A DNA stretch of 64,000 bases. It comes from an uncultured Gammaproteobacteria bacterium (GTDB lineage Bacteria > Patescibacteriota > Microgenomatia > UBA8517). Positions 47,242-58,189 of the stretch are shown piece after piece. Below the pieces are notes generated by a model. That model was not told the DNA's origin and made no database searches. It was given only the letters and a program-made list of their open reading frames with translations. The stretch is from positions 17,640-81,639 of the forward strand of contig CAZRJH010000003.1 in NCBI GenBank assembly GCA_964600575.1, read 5' to 3'. Position numbers and translations under genes: made by a program. Positions within the stretch are counted from its first letter, which is position 1. Each line of letters begins with the position of its first letter.

Positions 47242-48399
47242 TTAAAGAAATGGAGCCCAATTGCTAATCGGCATTACATTTTGAGATATAAAGCTGACTG
47301 CAAATAAATATACGGGTAAAAGCAGAAGTAAAAACACGGGTCTATATGCCTTTTTTGTAATTTGTTGGCCAAACGCAATAAACAAAAACGGAACAACGGG
47401 CAAAAAGTACCTTAATATATCCCTATGCGAAACAAAAAGTATAAAAAAGTAAAAAACTCCGGCAAAAGTTGCCAACTCAAATTCCTTCATTCTTATCAGT
47501 TTTAAAACTCCGACTGCACCAACCGCATATATAAACAATATTTCTTCTAACCAACTTGTACCAACCCAAGCAGAAGCATAATTAAAAATCTGAAAGGGGG
47601 GAAACCCCAAATGAATATTGTCCCCGGAATTAAAGTATGCCCAAAAGTCTCCCGTCCTAAAATAATAAAGTGAAAATACTGCGATCAGTGCTGTCGGGAT
47701 AAGGAAAATCGGAAGCGTTTTAGGTAGGTTAAAGTTTTTTAGTATATTTTTAAGTGATAGCTTCTCCATCTTTAAGTTTGGAATTGTCAAATAAATAAAA
47801 TAAGAAATAAAAAGTAAAATTCCGGCTGATTTAGTTAATTGTGCAATCATGCCCCAAATTCCCGAAGGCAAATAATTTTTATGTTTAAAGTAATAAACCG
47901 AAGCAATAATTGATGCCACAAAAAGCGGGTCTGCACTTCCCACAGTTCTAACAATCAACCAACGTGCCGGTAGTACCGAAAAAACAAATGTTAAAAAGTA
48001 TGCGGAACTTTCATCAAAATAGTCGTCGGCAAGCTTTTTGAAAAAATAAATTGATATAAACGAAGAAACTAAGGTTACGGAAAGCATTGCATAAGGAAAA
48101 TTGGTAACTAAGGAAAAAAGTCTGATCAAGGCGGGAAAGAGCGGAAAGTGAGCTGCATAATATTCAGAAGGTAGGGGGAATTGATAGTTGGCCTCGATCA
48201 ACGGCTTGTCATAAAAGGTCTTAGAAACAACCATATATAAAGGGCCGTCAAAATTAGAGACTATTGAAGCCATTCCCATATCCGGAATAGGGATTCCCCA
48301 AACAGAGGGTAAACGCAAAAAAAACGGTAGCCACAAAAGTACAACGGGAAAAAGAGTAAAAATCCCAATCGCTACAAACTCCTTTATTCTTTTTGGCAT
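47242..48399 (-). CDS. GT-C membrane glycosyltransferase (PIG-V/mannosyltransferase-like)
   Basis: NFDGPLY...AHFPLFPALI; multi-TM; RY near C-terminus. Confidence 0.75.
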   Translation of the reverse strand: MPKRIKEFVAIGIFTLFPVVLLWLPFFLRLPSVWGIPIPDMGMASIVSNFDGPLYMVVSKTFYDKPLIEANYQFPLPSEYYAAHFPLFPALIRLFSLVTNFPYAMLSVTLVSSFISIYFFKKLADDYFDESSAYFLTFVFSVLPARWLIVRTVGSADPLFVASIIASVYYFKHKNYLPSGIWGMIAQLTKSAGILLFISYFIYLTIPNLKMEKLSLKNILKNFNLPKTLPIFLIPTALIAVFSLYYFRTGDFWAYFNSGDNIHLGFPPFQIFNYASAWVGTSWLEEILFIYAVGAVGVLKLIRMKEFELATFAGVFYFFILFVSHRDILRYFLPVVPFLFIAFGQQITKKAYRPVFLLLLLPVYLFAVSFISQNVMPISNWAPFL

Positions 48400-48470
48400 A
48401 CTTCTATGCCTAGCTTAACACATTCATAAGTAGTTTTTCTACAAAGCGGGATATATGCTAGACTTCGTAT

Positions 48471-49181
48471 GTGAAGGAAAAAATTAAAGAAATATCGGTA
48501 TTTTTACCTACTTTCAACGAAAGAGATAATATTTCCGATGTTGTCCTCAAAACAAAAACAGTTCTTTCCGGTGTGGCACAGACCTGGGAACTTATCGTTG
48601 TAAACGACGGTTCCAGCGACGGCACAAAAGAGGTTGTTTCCGGTTTATCAAAATCCGATAACCGTATAAAACTTATTAATCACGATCAAAATAAAGGCTA
48701 CGGAGCATCGCTTCGCTCGGGTTTTTACGGCGCTAAATACTCCTGGATAGCTTTTATAGATTCCGACGGACAATTTGATTTTTCCGAAATAGATAAGTTC
48801 ATAAGCAAGCAAAAAGAGACGGGTAGCGATATGGTAATCGGATACTATAAAAAAAGAAGAGTATCTCTTGCTAAAATTGTCACGAGCCGAATGTGGGAAT
48901 TTGCCGTATGGGCCCTTTTCGGGTTAAAAGTTAAAGATATAGATTGCGGATTTAAGTTCGTTTCCAAAAAGGTTATAGACGGAATTGCCAAACTGGAAAG
49001 CGAAAGGGGAGCGTTTATATCCAGCGAACTTTTAATAAAAGCCAAAAAGTCTGGATTTAAAATAGTCGAAGTGCCTGTTACTCATTATCCCAGGACAAAA
49101 GGTGCGGGAACAGGAAGAAGGCTTAACGTTATAATTAAAAGCTTTATAGATCTTGCGAGACTTTACAAAAACTTAAGATGA
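48471..49181 (+). CDS. GT2 polyprenol-phosphate glycosyltransferase
   Basis: PTFNE, VNDGSSDGT, NKGYG, DSDGQFD, DIDCGFK. Confidence 0.9.
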   Translation: MKEKIKEISVFLPTFNERDNISDVVLKTKTVLSGVAQTWELIVVNDGSSDGTKEVVSGLSKSDNRIKLINHDQNKGYGASLRSGFYGAKYSWIAFIDSDGQFDFSEIDKFISKQKETGSDMVIGYYKKRRVSLAKIVTSRMWEFAVWALFGLKVKDIDCGFKFVSKKVIDGIAKLESERGAFISSELLIKAKKSGFKIVEVPVTHYPRTKGAGTGRRLNVIIKSFIDLARLYKNLR

Positions 49182-50698
49182 AAAAAATATTTACAAATTT
49201 AAAAAAATGGAAACAGCAAAATCCTAAGGAATTTTGGATAATTACCATAATCTTGGTTCTGTCTGCGGTTTTCCGATTTTTTAAGATAGATCAATATATG
49301 ACTTTTTTGGGAGACGAAGGTCGCGATGTCATTATTGTCAAAAGGCTCTTAACCGAAGCCCATCCACCTTTGATAGGTCCGGGTACTTCCATCGGAGGAA
49401 TGTATTTAGGTCCGCTTTATTATTATATGATGGCACCTGCCCTACTTTTGGCGGGTTTTTCACCTATCGGCCCGGCCACAATGGTTGCCGTTTTGGGTGT
49501 AATTACGGTATTTTTTGTTTGGTATGTTGCGAGAGAATGGTTTGGTACCAAAGCGGCCGCAATTTCTGCGTTTCTTTACGCCATATCTCCGACTGTTATA
49601 ATTTTTTCGCGATCTTCCTGGAACCCCAACATTATGCCTTTCTTTTCTTTGCTTTCGGTTTATTCAATTTGGAGAGTTTGGAAACATAACGAATATAAGT
49701 GGCTTATTGTTCTTGGGATAGCATTTGCCTTTGTAATGCAGTCTCACTATTTGGGACTTTTACTTGCTCCTACATTATTTATTTATTGGCTTATTTCATA
49801 TTTAAAGAACAAAAAAGCGGGTATAGATAAAAAAATGTTCAAATATTCTTTGTTGGGATACGGTTTATTTTTACTCCTAATGAGTCCACTTTTGATTTTT
49901 GATTTAAGGCACGATTTTATGAACTCGAGAGCGATGTATCAATTTTTTACCGTAAGACAGACAACTGTTTCTGCAAAACCGTGGAGTGCGGTTCCAAAAG
50001 TTCCCGAAATATTTAAACAAATTAATACAAGTTTGGTGGGGGCAAAAAATAACCAACTTGCTTCTTTTTCTTCTTTGTTCATAGCGATAGGAATCTTATT
50101 TGTAATATTTAGAAAAGTTAAAAATAGGGAGCAGTATATTCTTTTGACATTGTGGTATCTTTTTGGCCTCATCGGGTTTGGCGTCTACAAACAATCCATC
50201 TATGATCATTATTTCGGTTTTGTGTTTGTAATTCCGTTTTTGTTTTTGGGTGGTTTTTTGAGTTCCTTACTAGACAAAAAAGGTTTTGTAAAATTTGCCT
50301 CTTTTTTGTTTTTGGCTTACTTGGTTTATATGAATCTTTTAGAAAACCCGCTTAGATTTTCTCCAAACAATCAATTGCAACGAAGTATAAATGTATCTCA
50401 AAAAGTTATCGACGAGTCGAGCGGAAACAAATTTAATCTGGCAGTGCTTGCCGAAAGAAATTACGAAGACGGGTATAGATACTTTTTAGAACTTAAGGGC
50501 GCAAAAGTCTTACATGCAGACAGATGGAACCAGGAAACTATATCAGATCAATTGTTTGTGATTTGCGAAATGGAAGAAAAAAAGTGCGACCCAACGCATT
50601 CTCCAAAAGCCGAGGTTGCAAATTTTGGCATGACTAAAATAGATAAGCAATGGAATGTTAACGGGGTTATAATATACCGTTTGTTGCATACAAAATGA
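49178..50698 (+). CDS. GT-C glycosyltransferase (ArnT/PMT-like)
   Basis: FLGDEGRD, LIGP, YLGPLYYY, SRSSWNPN; multi-TM. Confidence 0.85.
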   Translation: MKKIFTNLKKWKQQNPKEFWIITIILVLSAVFRFFKIDQYMTFLGDEGRDVIIVKRLLTEAHPPLIGPGTSIGGMYLGPLYYYMMAPALLLAGFSPIGPATMVAVLGVITVFFVWYVAREWFGTKAAAISAFLYAISPTVIIFSRSSWNPNIMPFFSLLSVYSIWRVWKHNEYKWLIVLGIAFAFVMQSHYLGLLLAPTLFIYWLISYLKNKKAGIDKKMFKYSLLGYGLFLLLMSPLLIFDLRHDFMNSRAMYQFFTVRQTTVSAKPWSAVPKVPEIFKQINTSLVGAKNNQLASFSSLFIAIGILFVIFRKVKNREQYILLTLWYLFGLIGFGVYKQSIYDHYFGFVFVIPFLFLGGFLSSLLDKKGFVKFASFLFLAYLVYMNLLENPLRFSPNNQLQRSINVSQKVIDESSGNKFNLAVLAERNYEDGYRYFLELKGAKVLHADRWNQETISDQLFVICEMEEKKCDPTHSPKAEVANFGMTKIDKQWNVNGVIIYRLLHTK

Positions 50699-51684
50699 AT
50701 TACGCAAAATCAAAAACCGTACTCAAAGAAATAACTAAAGCAAAAAAGATTCTGATAAATTGTCACAGAAGCCCGGATCCCGACAGTTGTGGCGGCGCTT
50801 TGGCAATGAGGAGAGTGCTTTTGGATATGGATAAAGAAGTTAAAGTTATTTGTCCGGACCCGATTGGGGACGATTCTGAATTTCTTAAAAATTCGGTTTT
50901 TGTAGAACAAATAGACTATGAAAATTTCGATTTTTCGGAATACGATCTTTTCTTGATTCAAGATTCATCGGAGTGGAGCCAAGTTACTGGTTTTGGTAAA
51001 GGAGAAGTAAAGGGTATCAAAACAATCGTAATCGATCATCACTACACTAACTCTGGTTTTGGCGACATAAACTTATTAGACGGCGACAGGAGCTCAACAT
51101 GCGAAGTTCTTTATAGAATTTTTTCCGATTGGAAGATAAGTATAAATTCCGAAGTTGCGGAAGACCTTTTGGCCGGTTTAATTTATGACACCTCCTCTCT
51201 CATGCACTCAAGTGCCGACGCAGAAACGGCAAAAACATATTCGCGGCTCATGGAGCTGGGGGCCGATAAAGACAAAATTATATTAAATATTTTTAGAAAT
51301 ATAAGTTTCGAAAATATAAAATTGATGGGAGAAATATTGAAAAATATGGATACGGATGAAGAAGCCGGATTTGTATATTCGGCCATACCTTACGAAACAT
51401 TTTCCACATACGGAACAACTTCGGGTGTCAAAAGTATGGCGGCAACGCTTTATGCGTCTTCGGTTAGAAACACTAATTATGGAATGATTATGGTCGAAGA
51501 AAAGAAAAATAATCTAAGCATAAGCTTGCGTGCAAAAGAGGGTTACGATATTTCAAAAGTTGCCGAAGTTTTAGGTGGCGGCGGACATAAACAGGCTGGA
51601 GCTGTATTGATGAGAAATGTAAAATTCGACAATGCAGTTATGAAAGCACTCGAAGCTGCGCGTAAATATGTCAGGAAAGCTTAA
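50695..51684 (+). CDS. nrnA: DHH/DHHA1 phosphoesterase (NrnA nanoRNase/pAp phosphatase)
   Basis: HRSPDPDS, IDHH, DTS, SLRA, GGGGHKQA. Confidence 0.88.
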   Translation: MNYAKSKTVLKEITKAKKILINCHRSPDPDSCGGALAMRRVLLDMDKEVKVICPDPIGDDSEFLKNSVFVEQIDYENFDFSEYDLFLIQDSSEWSQVTGFGKGEVKGIKTIVIDHHYTNSGFGDINLLDGDRSSTCEVLYRIFSDWKISINSEVAEDLLAGLIYDTSSLMHSSADAETAKTYSRLMELGADKDKIILNIFRNISFENIKLMGEILKNMDTDEEAGFVYSAIPYETFSTYGTTSGVKSMAATLYASSVRNTNYGMIMVEEKKNNLSISLRAKEGYDISKVAEVLGGGGHKQAGAVLMRNVKFDNAVMKALEAARKYVRKA

Positions 51685-53161
51685 AAGGTATCTAACTCCT
51701 TTCAACATTCTAATAGCGGTTGTTCTACTTATCGGGCTTTTGGTGAGGGTGTATCGGATAGACCAACTTTTAGGTTTTTATTACGACCAAGGTAGGGACG
51801 CCCTTGTTATTTGGGACCTAATTCATAAAGGTAAACTTTTTCTAATCGGACCCACCACCGGAATAGCGGGTATATTTAGAGGCCCCTGGTACTATTGGCT
51901 TATAACCCCATTTTACTTTTTGGGGAAGGGCGACCCTTTGTGGCCTTCGATATTTTTGTCGATTACAACAATGGCGGCGGTTTACCTGATGTATAAAATT
52001 GCATTGGAAATTGGCGGAAAGATGTCGGGATTTTTGGCCGCAATTATCGGCAGTCTTTCTTTATATATTGTCTATGCAAGCAGGTGGCTAAGTAACCCCA
52101 CCCCAATGCTTTTGATAAGCATGGGTGTAATTTATTCGCTTTTTCAGATAATCAAAAAGAAAGAAAACTACTGGGTTCTTTTGGCTTTTCTAATGGGTAT
52201 GTCTATGCAATTCGGGAGCAGCGGCGAAGTTTTTTATTTCCCGGCGGTTCTTATCATCATGTGGTGGAAAAAGCTTTGGCCAAAACCCAAGACATTACTG
52301 ATTTCCATAGCTATCTTTTCTGTCAGTTTTTTGCCGCAGGTAGCATTTGATATTAAACACAACGGGATATTAAGAGAGAATGTCTATAAATTTATTTTTG
52401 GAGAGGGAAGTTTTAAAGCTTCGTTTTGGGAAACAGTAAAGTTGAGATTTCCTTTTTATCTTGAAGTTTTTGGATCAAAAGTTTTTCCCCAGACGCCTTT
52501 GTATCAAAAGCTGTTAATTTTAATTTCGGGATTATTAATATTTTCTAAAAGAAAAAAACTTTTTTCCGATTACAAGTTTCCTGTGGTTTTGATATTTATT
52601 CTTTCACCAATTGTCGGTATGCTTTTTTTCCAGGGTAATTTTGGCAATGTATATGACTATTATTTTACGGGTTATTATTTTATTTTTATCCTTTTAGTGT
52701 CTGTTCTTTTAGGGATTAATACAGGAACAGTGTTCGGAAAAATTATATTTGTTGCATTCATTTTTTTATTTTTAAACGATAACATTCCGCAAGTTAGAAA
52801 TTACATAATATCCGGCGTAGACGGCCCGACGACTGTGGCTTACGGAAACCAAAAACAAGGAGTAGATTGGGTCTATCAAAAGGCGGCAGGCAGGCAGTTT
52901 AACATTGATGTTTATGTCCCTCCAGTGATACCTCATACATACGATTACCTTTTTAAATGGTACGGCCCAAAAAACTATAACTACAAACCTTTGGACGATA
53001 AGGTTGAACTTTTATATACTTTATATGAGGTAGATCCCGACCACCCCGAACGCTTGGATGCATGGCTAAAAAGACAAGAATCTATAGGAAAAGTGTTGGT
53101 TCAGGAAAAATTAGGAGGTGTAGTAGTTCAGGAAAGACTGCGTGCCAAAGATAAAAAATGA
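51668..53161 (+). CDS. GT-C glycosyltransferase (ArnT/PMT-like)
   Basis: FYYDQGRD, LIGPTT, GPWYYW, SRWLSNP; multi-TM. Confidence 0.85.
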   Translation: MSGKLKRYLTPFNILIAVVLLIGLLVRVYRIDQLLGFYYDQGRDALVIWDLIHKGKLFLIGPTTGIAGIFRGPWYYWLITPFYFLGKGDPLWPSIFLSITTMAAVYLMYKIALEIGGKMSGFLAAIIGSLSLYIVYASRWLSNPTPMLLISMGVIYSLFQIIKKKENYWVLLAFLMGMSMQFGSSGEVFYFPAVLIIMWWKKLWPKPKTLLISIAIFSVSFLPQVAFDIKHNGILRENVYKFIFGEGSFKASFWETVKLRFPFYLEVFGSKVFPQTPLYQKLLILISGLLIFSKRKKLFSDYKFPVVLIFILSPIVGMLFFQGNFGNVYDYYFTGYYFIFILLVSVLLGINTGTVFGKIIFVAFIFLFLNDNIPQVRNYIISGVDGPTTVAYGNQKQGVDWVYQKAAGRQFNIDVYVPPVIPHTYDYLFKWYGPKNYNYKPLDDKVELLYTLYEVDPDHPERLDAWLKRQESIGKVLVQEKLGGVVVQERLRAKDKK

Positions 53162-53904
53162 AACCTTATTTAAGTGTAATAATTCCCGCTTACAACGAAG
53201 AATATAATCTAAGAACGGGTGTTCTGGGGTCGGTCTACGACTATTTAAAAAAACAAAAATATTCTTGGGAAATTCTTTTTGTAAACGACGGCTCAACGGA
53301 TAAAACTTTGCAAATAGCCGAGGACTTTGCAAAAGGACATCCAAAGTTTTTTGTAATAAACGAACCTCATAGGGGAAAAGGCGGTACCGTAATTTCCGGA
53401 GTTTTAAAAGCTAAAGGTGATGTGATAATTTTTACCGATACCGACCAGGCCACACCCATTGATCAGCTGGAGAAAATTCTTCCCAAATTCAAAGAAGGCT
53501 ATAGTGTTGTAATCGGTTCAAGAACCGGTAGAGAGGGTGCCCCTATCATCAGAAAAGTAATGGCTTACGGTTTTTCCATATTAAGACTACTAGTCCTAAG
53601 GCTTCCGTTTAAAGATACTCAGTGCGGTTTCAAAGCTTTCTCTCAAAAAGCCGCCAAAGATATTTTTGGCAAACTTCAGATTTTTTCTAATAAAACACAA
53701 ACTTCAGGGGCATCGGTAACGGCGGGTTTTGATTTGGAGGTTTTGTATATTGCCAGAAAACTGGGATTTAAGGTGGCGGAAGTTGCAGTGGATTGGCATC
53801 ACAAAGAGGGAACAAAAGTTGACCCGCTTAAAGACTCCCTTGAAGGCCTCAAGGGCCTTTTAATGGTTAGATTTAATTCCTTGACGGGAAAATACGGACT
53901 TTAG
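53158..53904 (+). CDS. GT2 dolichyl/polyprenyl-phosphate beta-glucosyltransferase-like
   Basis: IPAYNE, VNDGSTD, HRGKGG, DTDQATP, DTQCGFK, FDLEVL. Confidence 0.9.
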   Translation: MKPYLSVIIPAYNEEYNLRTGVLGSVYDYLKKQKYSWEILFVNDGSTDKTLQIAEDFAKGHPKFFVINEPHRGKGGTVISGVLKAKGDVIIFTDTDQATPIDQLEKILPKFKEGYSVVIGSRTGREGAPIIRKVMAYGFSILRLLVLRLPFKDTQCGFKAFSQKAAKDIFGKLQIFSNKTQTSGASVTAGFDLEVLYIARKLGFKVAEVAVDWHHKEGTKVDPLKDSLEGLKGLLMVRFNSLTGKYGL

Positions 53905-53943
53905 TGGACTTGAGTGCTAGATTTGTATAATATATAGAAATCA

Positions 53944-54573
53944 ATGAACAAAAAATATTTGTTGATTGGCATCATTGCCCTCCTTCTTTTAATCGGCGGT
54001 TATTTTGTATTTAAAAAATCATCTCCTACAAATTCTCCCGGAAACCAAAATTCTCAAGCGCCTAAATCACTTAAAGACTTATTTACGGCAGGTATTGCGC
54101 AAAAGTGTACTTTTTCTACCGGGGGTGATTCTTCCGCACAAGACGGAACAACTTACATTGCAAACGGCAAGCTAAGGGGTGATTTTGTCACCGACATAGA
54201 CGGAAAAAGCACCCAGACACATATGATTGTTGTTTCCAACACAAGTTACATTTGGATGGATGGTCAGAATACGGGTTTCAAATCAACATTTAACCCTTCA
54301 GATTACGAGGCGGCAGAGTCCGGGGATTCCGGTAAAGATACAACAGCAGGACTTGACTTCAACAAGCAAGCCGACTACAAATGTAGTGCCTGGGTGGTTG
54401 ATGACTCGCTTTTTACACCACCTGTAGATGTTAAATTCAGCGATTTTTCGGAACTCATGAAGCCGGCAGCGGTTACTCCGGGTGAGCCTTCTTCCGGTAC
54501 GCAGTGTTCCGTTTGTGACTCACTCTCGGGTGAGGATAAGACGCAGTGTAGAACGGCACTTAGTTGTAAATAA
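53944..54573 (+). CDS. Exported hypothetical protein with Cys-rich C-terminus
   Basis: N-terminal TM; CSVCDSL...C...C tail. Confidence 0.7.
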   Translation: MNKKYLLIGIIALLLLIGGYFVFKKSSPTNSPGNQNSQAPKSLKDLFTAGIAQKCTFSTGGDSSAQDGTTYIANGKLRGDFVTDIDGKSTQTHMIVVSNTSYIWMDGQNTGFKSTFNPSDYEAAESGDSGKDTTAGLDFNKQADYKCSAWVVDDSLFTPPVDVKFSDFSELMKPAAVTPGEPSSGTQCSVCDSLSGEDKTQCRTALSCK

Positions 54574-54577
54574 ATTC

Positions 54578-54886
54578 ATGTTGACAGTAATACTTCTCAT
54601 ACTCGTAGTGTTTTGGTTTTTGGGCTACGGCCCTCTCACGGCACTAAAGATTCCGTTAATTATTCTGGGTAGGGTTAAAATAGATCTTTGGGAAATAATA
54701 ATATTTCTTTTGATAATTTGGATAATAGATCTACTCCCGCAACCTTTGCGTGAAATTGCAATCGTACTTATGATTATTTGGTTGTTGTCTGTTTTTGGAA
54801 TTATTGCAATCCCTATGTTTTCGAATGTAATAGTTATTGCGATCATCGTCGGTTTGGGGATTTATCTGCTTGGTTCAAGACACTGA
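54578..54886 (+). CDS. Small hydrophobic membrane protein
   Basis: ATG 54578 just after the upstream stop; almost entirely TM. Confidence 0.6.
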   Translation: MLTVILLILVVFWFLGYGPLTALKIPLIILGRVKIDLWEIIIFLLIIWIIDLLPQPLREIAIVLMIIWLLSVFGIIAIPMFSNVIVIAIIVGLGIYLLGSRH

Positions 54887-54912
54887 GTTTCTCCTTGTGC
54901 TAAAATTTCTCA

Positions 54913-56421
54913 ATGTTTAGTTTTCTAAAAAGTAAAAAGTATCTCCTGGCTTTTTCCTTTGTTTTTGCCTTGTTTTTTTTGCGTTTCTTTAATCTAAAAT
55001 CACTCCCGGTCTTTGCGGATGAGGCTATCTATGTCAGGTGGGCGCAGGTTATGAAAGCAGAGGAAACGTTAAGGTTTTTGCCGCTTTCAGACGGTAAACA
55101 ACCCTTTTATATGTGGGCGACAATCCCGGTTTTAAAAATCATCTCCGATCCTTTGGTTGCCGCAAGGTCGTTGTCGATACTTTGCGGCCTAATGTCTATG
55201 ATCGGGGTTGGATATCTTTCACTTTTGTTGTTTAAATCCAAAAGAGCCTCGCTTGCTTCGGTTCTAATGTACTCACTGTCATCTTACACTTTCTTTTTTG
55301 ACAGAATGGCACTTGCCGATTCTATGTTGGCAATGTTTGGTATTTGGACTTTTATTTTTTCATATCTATCAATAAAGACGGAAAGATTAGATTTTTCAAT
55401 GTTGGCGGGGTTTGCTTTAGGGGGTGCATGGTTAACAAAATCTCCTGCTTTATTTTTTGCTTTAATGCTACCCGTCTTTTGGGTGTTCAGCTCATCCTTA
55501 AAAAAACTTCCTAAATCCGTTTTTTTTAGTTTGGTTACTTTAGCAATCGGATATTCGATGTATAACATATTAAGGCTCGGACCGAATTTCCACATGATCG
55601 CCTCCAGAAATTTGGATTATGTTTATCCTTTAAATCATCTTTTGACAAGTCCACAGGACCCTTTTAAAACTTTTTTTAAACAATATTTTGAATGGGTTTT
55701 TGCTATGGGCCCTTGGAGCCTTTTGTTGCTTTCTGTACTCGGTATCGTTACTGCTTTCAAAAAAAACTCTTTAGCTATTGGAGTTTTGTTAATTTGGATA
55801 CTTTTTCCTGTTTTAGTTCAGTCGGAATTTGCAAAAGTTTTTACAGCAAGATATGTGCTCTCCTCTATACCGTTTTTAATTGTACTTGCATCAAGTGCTT
55901 TTGTTACGGATTTAAAAAATCAAAAACTTGTAGCTTACCTCATCCTTGCGACAGGAGGTGTTTTTAGTTTGGTTTTTAATTTGAAATTAATATTTAATCC
56001 CGCAACTGCAAATCTACCGTCCGGAGAAAGGTCCGGTTATCTGGAGGAATGGTCGGCCGGACAAGGTATATTCGAAGTGTCGCGTTTAATAAGAACAGAA
56101 CAGCTTGCAAATCCGGAACAAAAGATAGTAGTAGGAACAGAAGGTTATTTTGGAACACTTCCCGACGGATTACAGATGTATCTTAACGACCTAAGACAAA
56201 TCACCGTGATCGGTGTAGGCCTTAATTTAGTAGAAGTTCCCACCTCATTGGTTGAGTCTAAAAAATTCGGCAACAAAACATTTTTGGTTATCAATAACGA
56301 GCGTTTTAAAGGCGACCCCGACAAGCTTGGTCTAAAATTAATAAAAGCATATCCCAAAGCTACCCGCGCAAACGGAACACAACAATCACTTTTGTTTTTC
56401 GAGGTTATGCCTCAAAAATGA
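54913..56421 (+). CDS. GT-C glycosyltransferase (GT39-like)
   Basis: PVFADEAIYVRWAQ, DGKQP, DRMALAD; multi-TM. Confidence 0.85.
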   Translation: MFSFLKSKKYLLAFSFVFALFFLRFFNLKSLPVFADEAIYVRWAQVMKAEETLRFLPLSDGKQPFYMWATIPVLKIISDPLVAARSLSILCGLMSMIGVGYLSLLLFKSKRASLASVLMYSLSSYTFFFDRMALADSMLAMFGIWTFIFSYLSIKTERLDFSMLAGFALGGAWLTKSPALFFALMLPVFWVFSSSLKKLPKSVFFSLVTLAIGYSMYNILRLGPNFHMIASRNLDYVYPLNHLLTSPQDPFKTFFKQYFEWVFAMGPWSLLLLSVLGIVTAFKKNSLAIGVLLIWILFPVLVQSEFAKVFTARYVLSSIPFLIVLASSAFVTDLKNQKLVAYLILATGGVFSLVFNLKLIFNPATANLPSGERSGYLEEWSAGQGIFEVSRLIRTEQLANPEQKIVVGTEGYFGTLPDGLQMYLNDLRQITVIGVGLNLVEVPTSLVESKKFGNKTFLVINNERFKGDPDKLGLKLIKAYPKATRANGTQQSLLFFEVMPQK

Positions 56422-56470
56422 TCGGCTAGATCTTTCTAGCCATTGATCCACCTATTTGCTATTATCAGAT

Positions 56471-58189
56471 ATGAGTTTTCTGAGAAAGATTACTAACTCC
56501 ACGCACTTTTGGCCCCTCTTAATCGTTGTTGTCTTTGCCGTTTTGGCAGCCAGAACTCTTATTTTTCAGAGCGGTTATTTTAATATGCATGACGATCTTC
56601 AGATGATGAGACAGTTGGAAATGGAAAAGTGCTTTTTAGACGGCCAAATTCCGTGTAGATGGGTTCCCGACATGGGCTATGGTTACGGTTTTCCCTTGTT
56701 CAATTTTTACCCGCCTTTGCCTTATTTGATAGGTCAGGTTTTCCGAATAGTTAATGTTTCATTTATGGATACGGCAAAATATACTTTTGCGCTTTCATTT
56801 GTGGTTTCCGGTATCACAATGTATTTTTTGTCCAAAGATTTTTTTGGCAGATTGGGTGGTGTAATCTCTTCGGCTTTTTATATATGGGCACCTTATCATT
56901 CGGTTGATGTATATGTCAGAGGTGCAATGAACGAAGCGTGGGCCTTGAGTTGGTTTCCGCTGATTTTATGGACCGCCTACCGACTAATTCAAGAAAAGAA
57001 AAAACCATTTACTTGGATGTTAGGGCTTAGTTTTTCCTGGGTGGGGCTCCTTTTGTCACACAACTTAATGGTTATGATATTCACGCCAGTCTTTGCATGT
57101 TGGGTGCTTATGTTTTGGTTAAAAGATAAAAATTTAAAGAAAGTGTTCCAATTTCTATTTTCGGGTGTTTTGGCTCTTTTTTTAGCTGCATTTTTTACTT
57201 TACCTGCTATTTTGGAACAAAAATTTATTCACGTAGATACGCTTACCCAAGGTTACTACGAATATATTGCTCACTTTGCAACAATAGGACAGCTTTTAAC
57301 CTCTCGTTTTTGGGGTTACGGGCCGTCTGTATGGATGGCAGGCGACGGTATGCCTTTTCAGATCGGTCAGGCTCACTGGATTCTATCCCTTATAATTTTG
57401 GGTCTTGCCCTACTCAGTTACTCAAAAGTTAAAAGCAAACCTTACTTTAAAATAATAGTCTTCGGTTTTGCTTTCGGATGGTTCGCGGCGTTTATGGCTC
57501 ACCAAAATTCAACTTTTATATGGCAAAAAATACGGCCTTTGTCATTTGTTCAATTTCCTTGGAGATTCCTCACTTTAGTGATTTTAGGTATGTCGTTAGT
57601 TGCGGGTGGAATAGTCAAACTTATTCCTGAGTACACAAAAAAAGTTGTCGCCGGAATTTTACTATCCGTTCTTTTGATATTAAATTGGAATTACTTTTTG
57701 CCCCAAACCGGTAAAATGGGGCCTTTAACCGATACGGAAAAGTTTTCCGGTGCGGCATGGGATCTTCAAAGAACCGCAGGAATTTTTGACTATCTTCCTA
57801 AAACAGCAAAGGAGAATCCAAAAGACCCTCCAAATTCCGTAGCCGAATATTTTGAATCCAAAGGTGTAGTATCAAATCCCAAAGCGGGTACTAATTGGGC
57901 CAGTTTTGATACAACATCAAGTGAAGATGGTGTAGTAAGAATAAACTTGTTTGAGTTTCCCGATTGGAGAGTAACCATTGACGATAAAGTTGTTGCCGCC
58001 TATTTGGACAATCAGGAAAAATACGGCAGGATGTATCTCAATGTTCCAAAGGGAGATCATAAAATATATCTAAAACTTCAAAATACCGACATACGTACTT
58101 ATTCAAATGTTTTATCGGTTGTAACTTGGGTTTTGGTTGTACCTCTTCTTTACAAGAAGCGAAATGAAATCAATAAAAAATTGGCTTAA
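56471..58189 (+). CDS. GT-C-like membrane protein (PTPS-related/YfhO-type)
   Basis: HDD, RWVPDMGYGYGFPLFNFYPPL, YVRG, QFPWRFL; C-terminal soluble domain. Confidence 0.8.
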   Translation: MSFLRKITNSTHFWPLLIVVVFAVLAARTLIFQSGYFNMHDDLQMMRQLEMEKCFLDGQIPCRWVPDMGYGYGFPLFNFYPPLPYLIGQVFRIVNVSFMDTAKYTFALSFVVSGITMYFLSKDFFGRLGGVISSAFYIWAPYHSVDVYVRGAMNEAWALSWFPLILWTAYRLIQEKKKPFTWMLGLSFSWVGLLLSHNLMVMIFTPVFACWVLMFWLKDKNLKKVFQFLFSGVLALFLAAFFTLPAILEQKFIHVDTLTQGYYEYIAHFATIGQLLTSRFWGYGPSVWMAGDGMPFQIGQAHWILSLIILGLALLSYSKVKSKPYFKIIVFGFAFGWFAAFMAHQNSTFIWQKIRPLSFVQFPWRFLTLVILGMSLVAGGIVKLIPEYTKKVVAGILLSVLLILNWNYFLPQTGKMGPLTDTEKFSGAAWDLQRTAGIFDYLPKTAKENPKDPPNSVAEYFESKGVVSNPKAGTNWASFDTTSSEDGVVRINLFEFPDWRVTIDDKVVAAYLDNQEKYGRMYLNVPKGDHKIYLKLQNTDIRTYSNVLSVVTWVLVVPLLYKKRNEINKKLA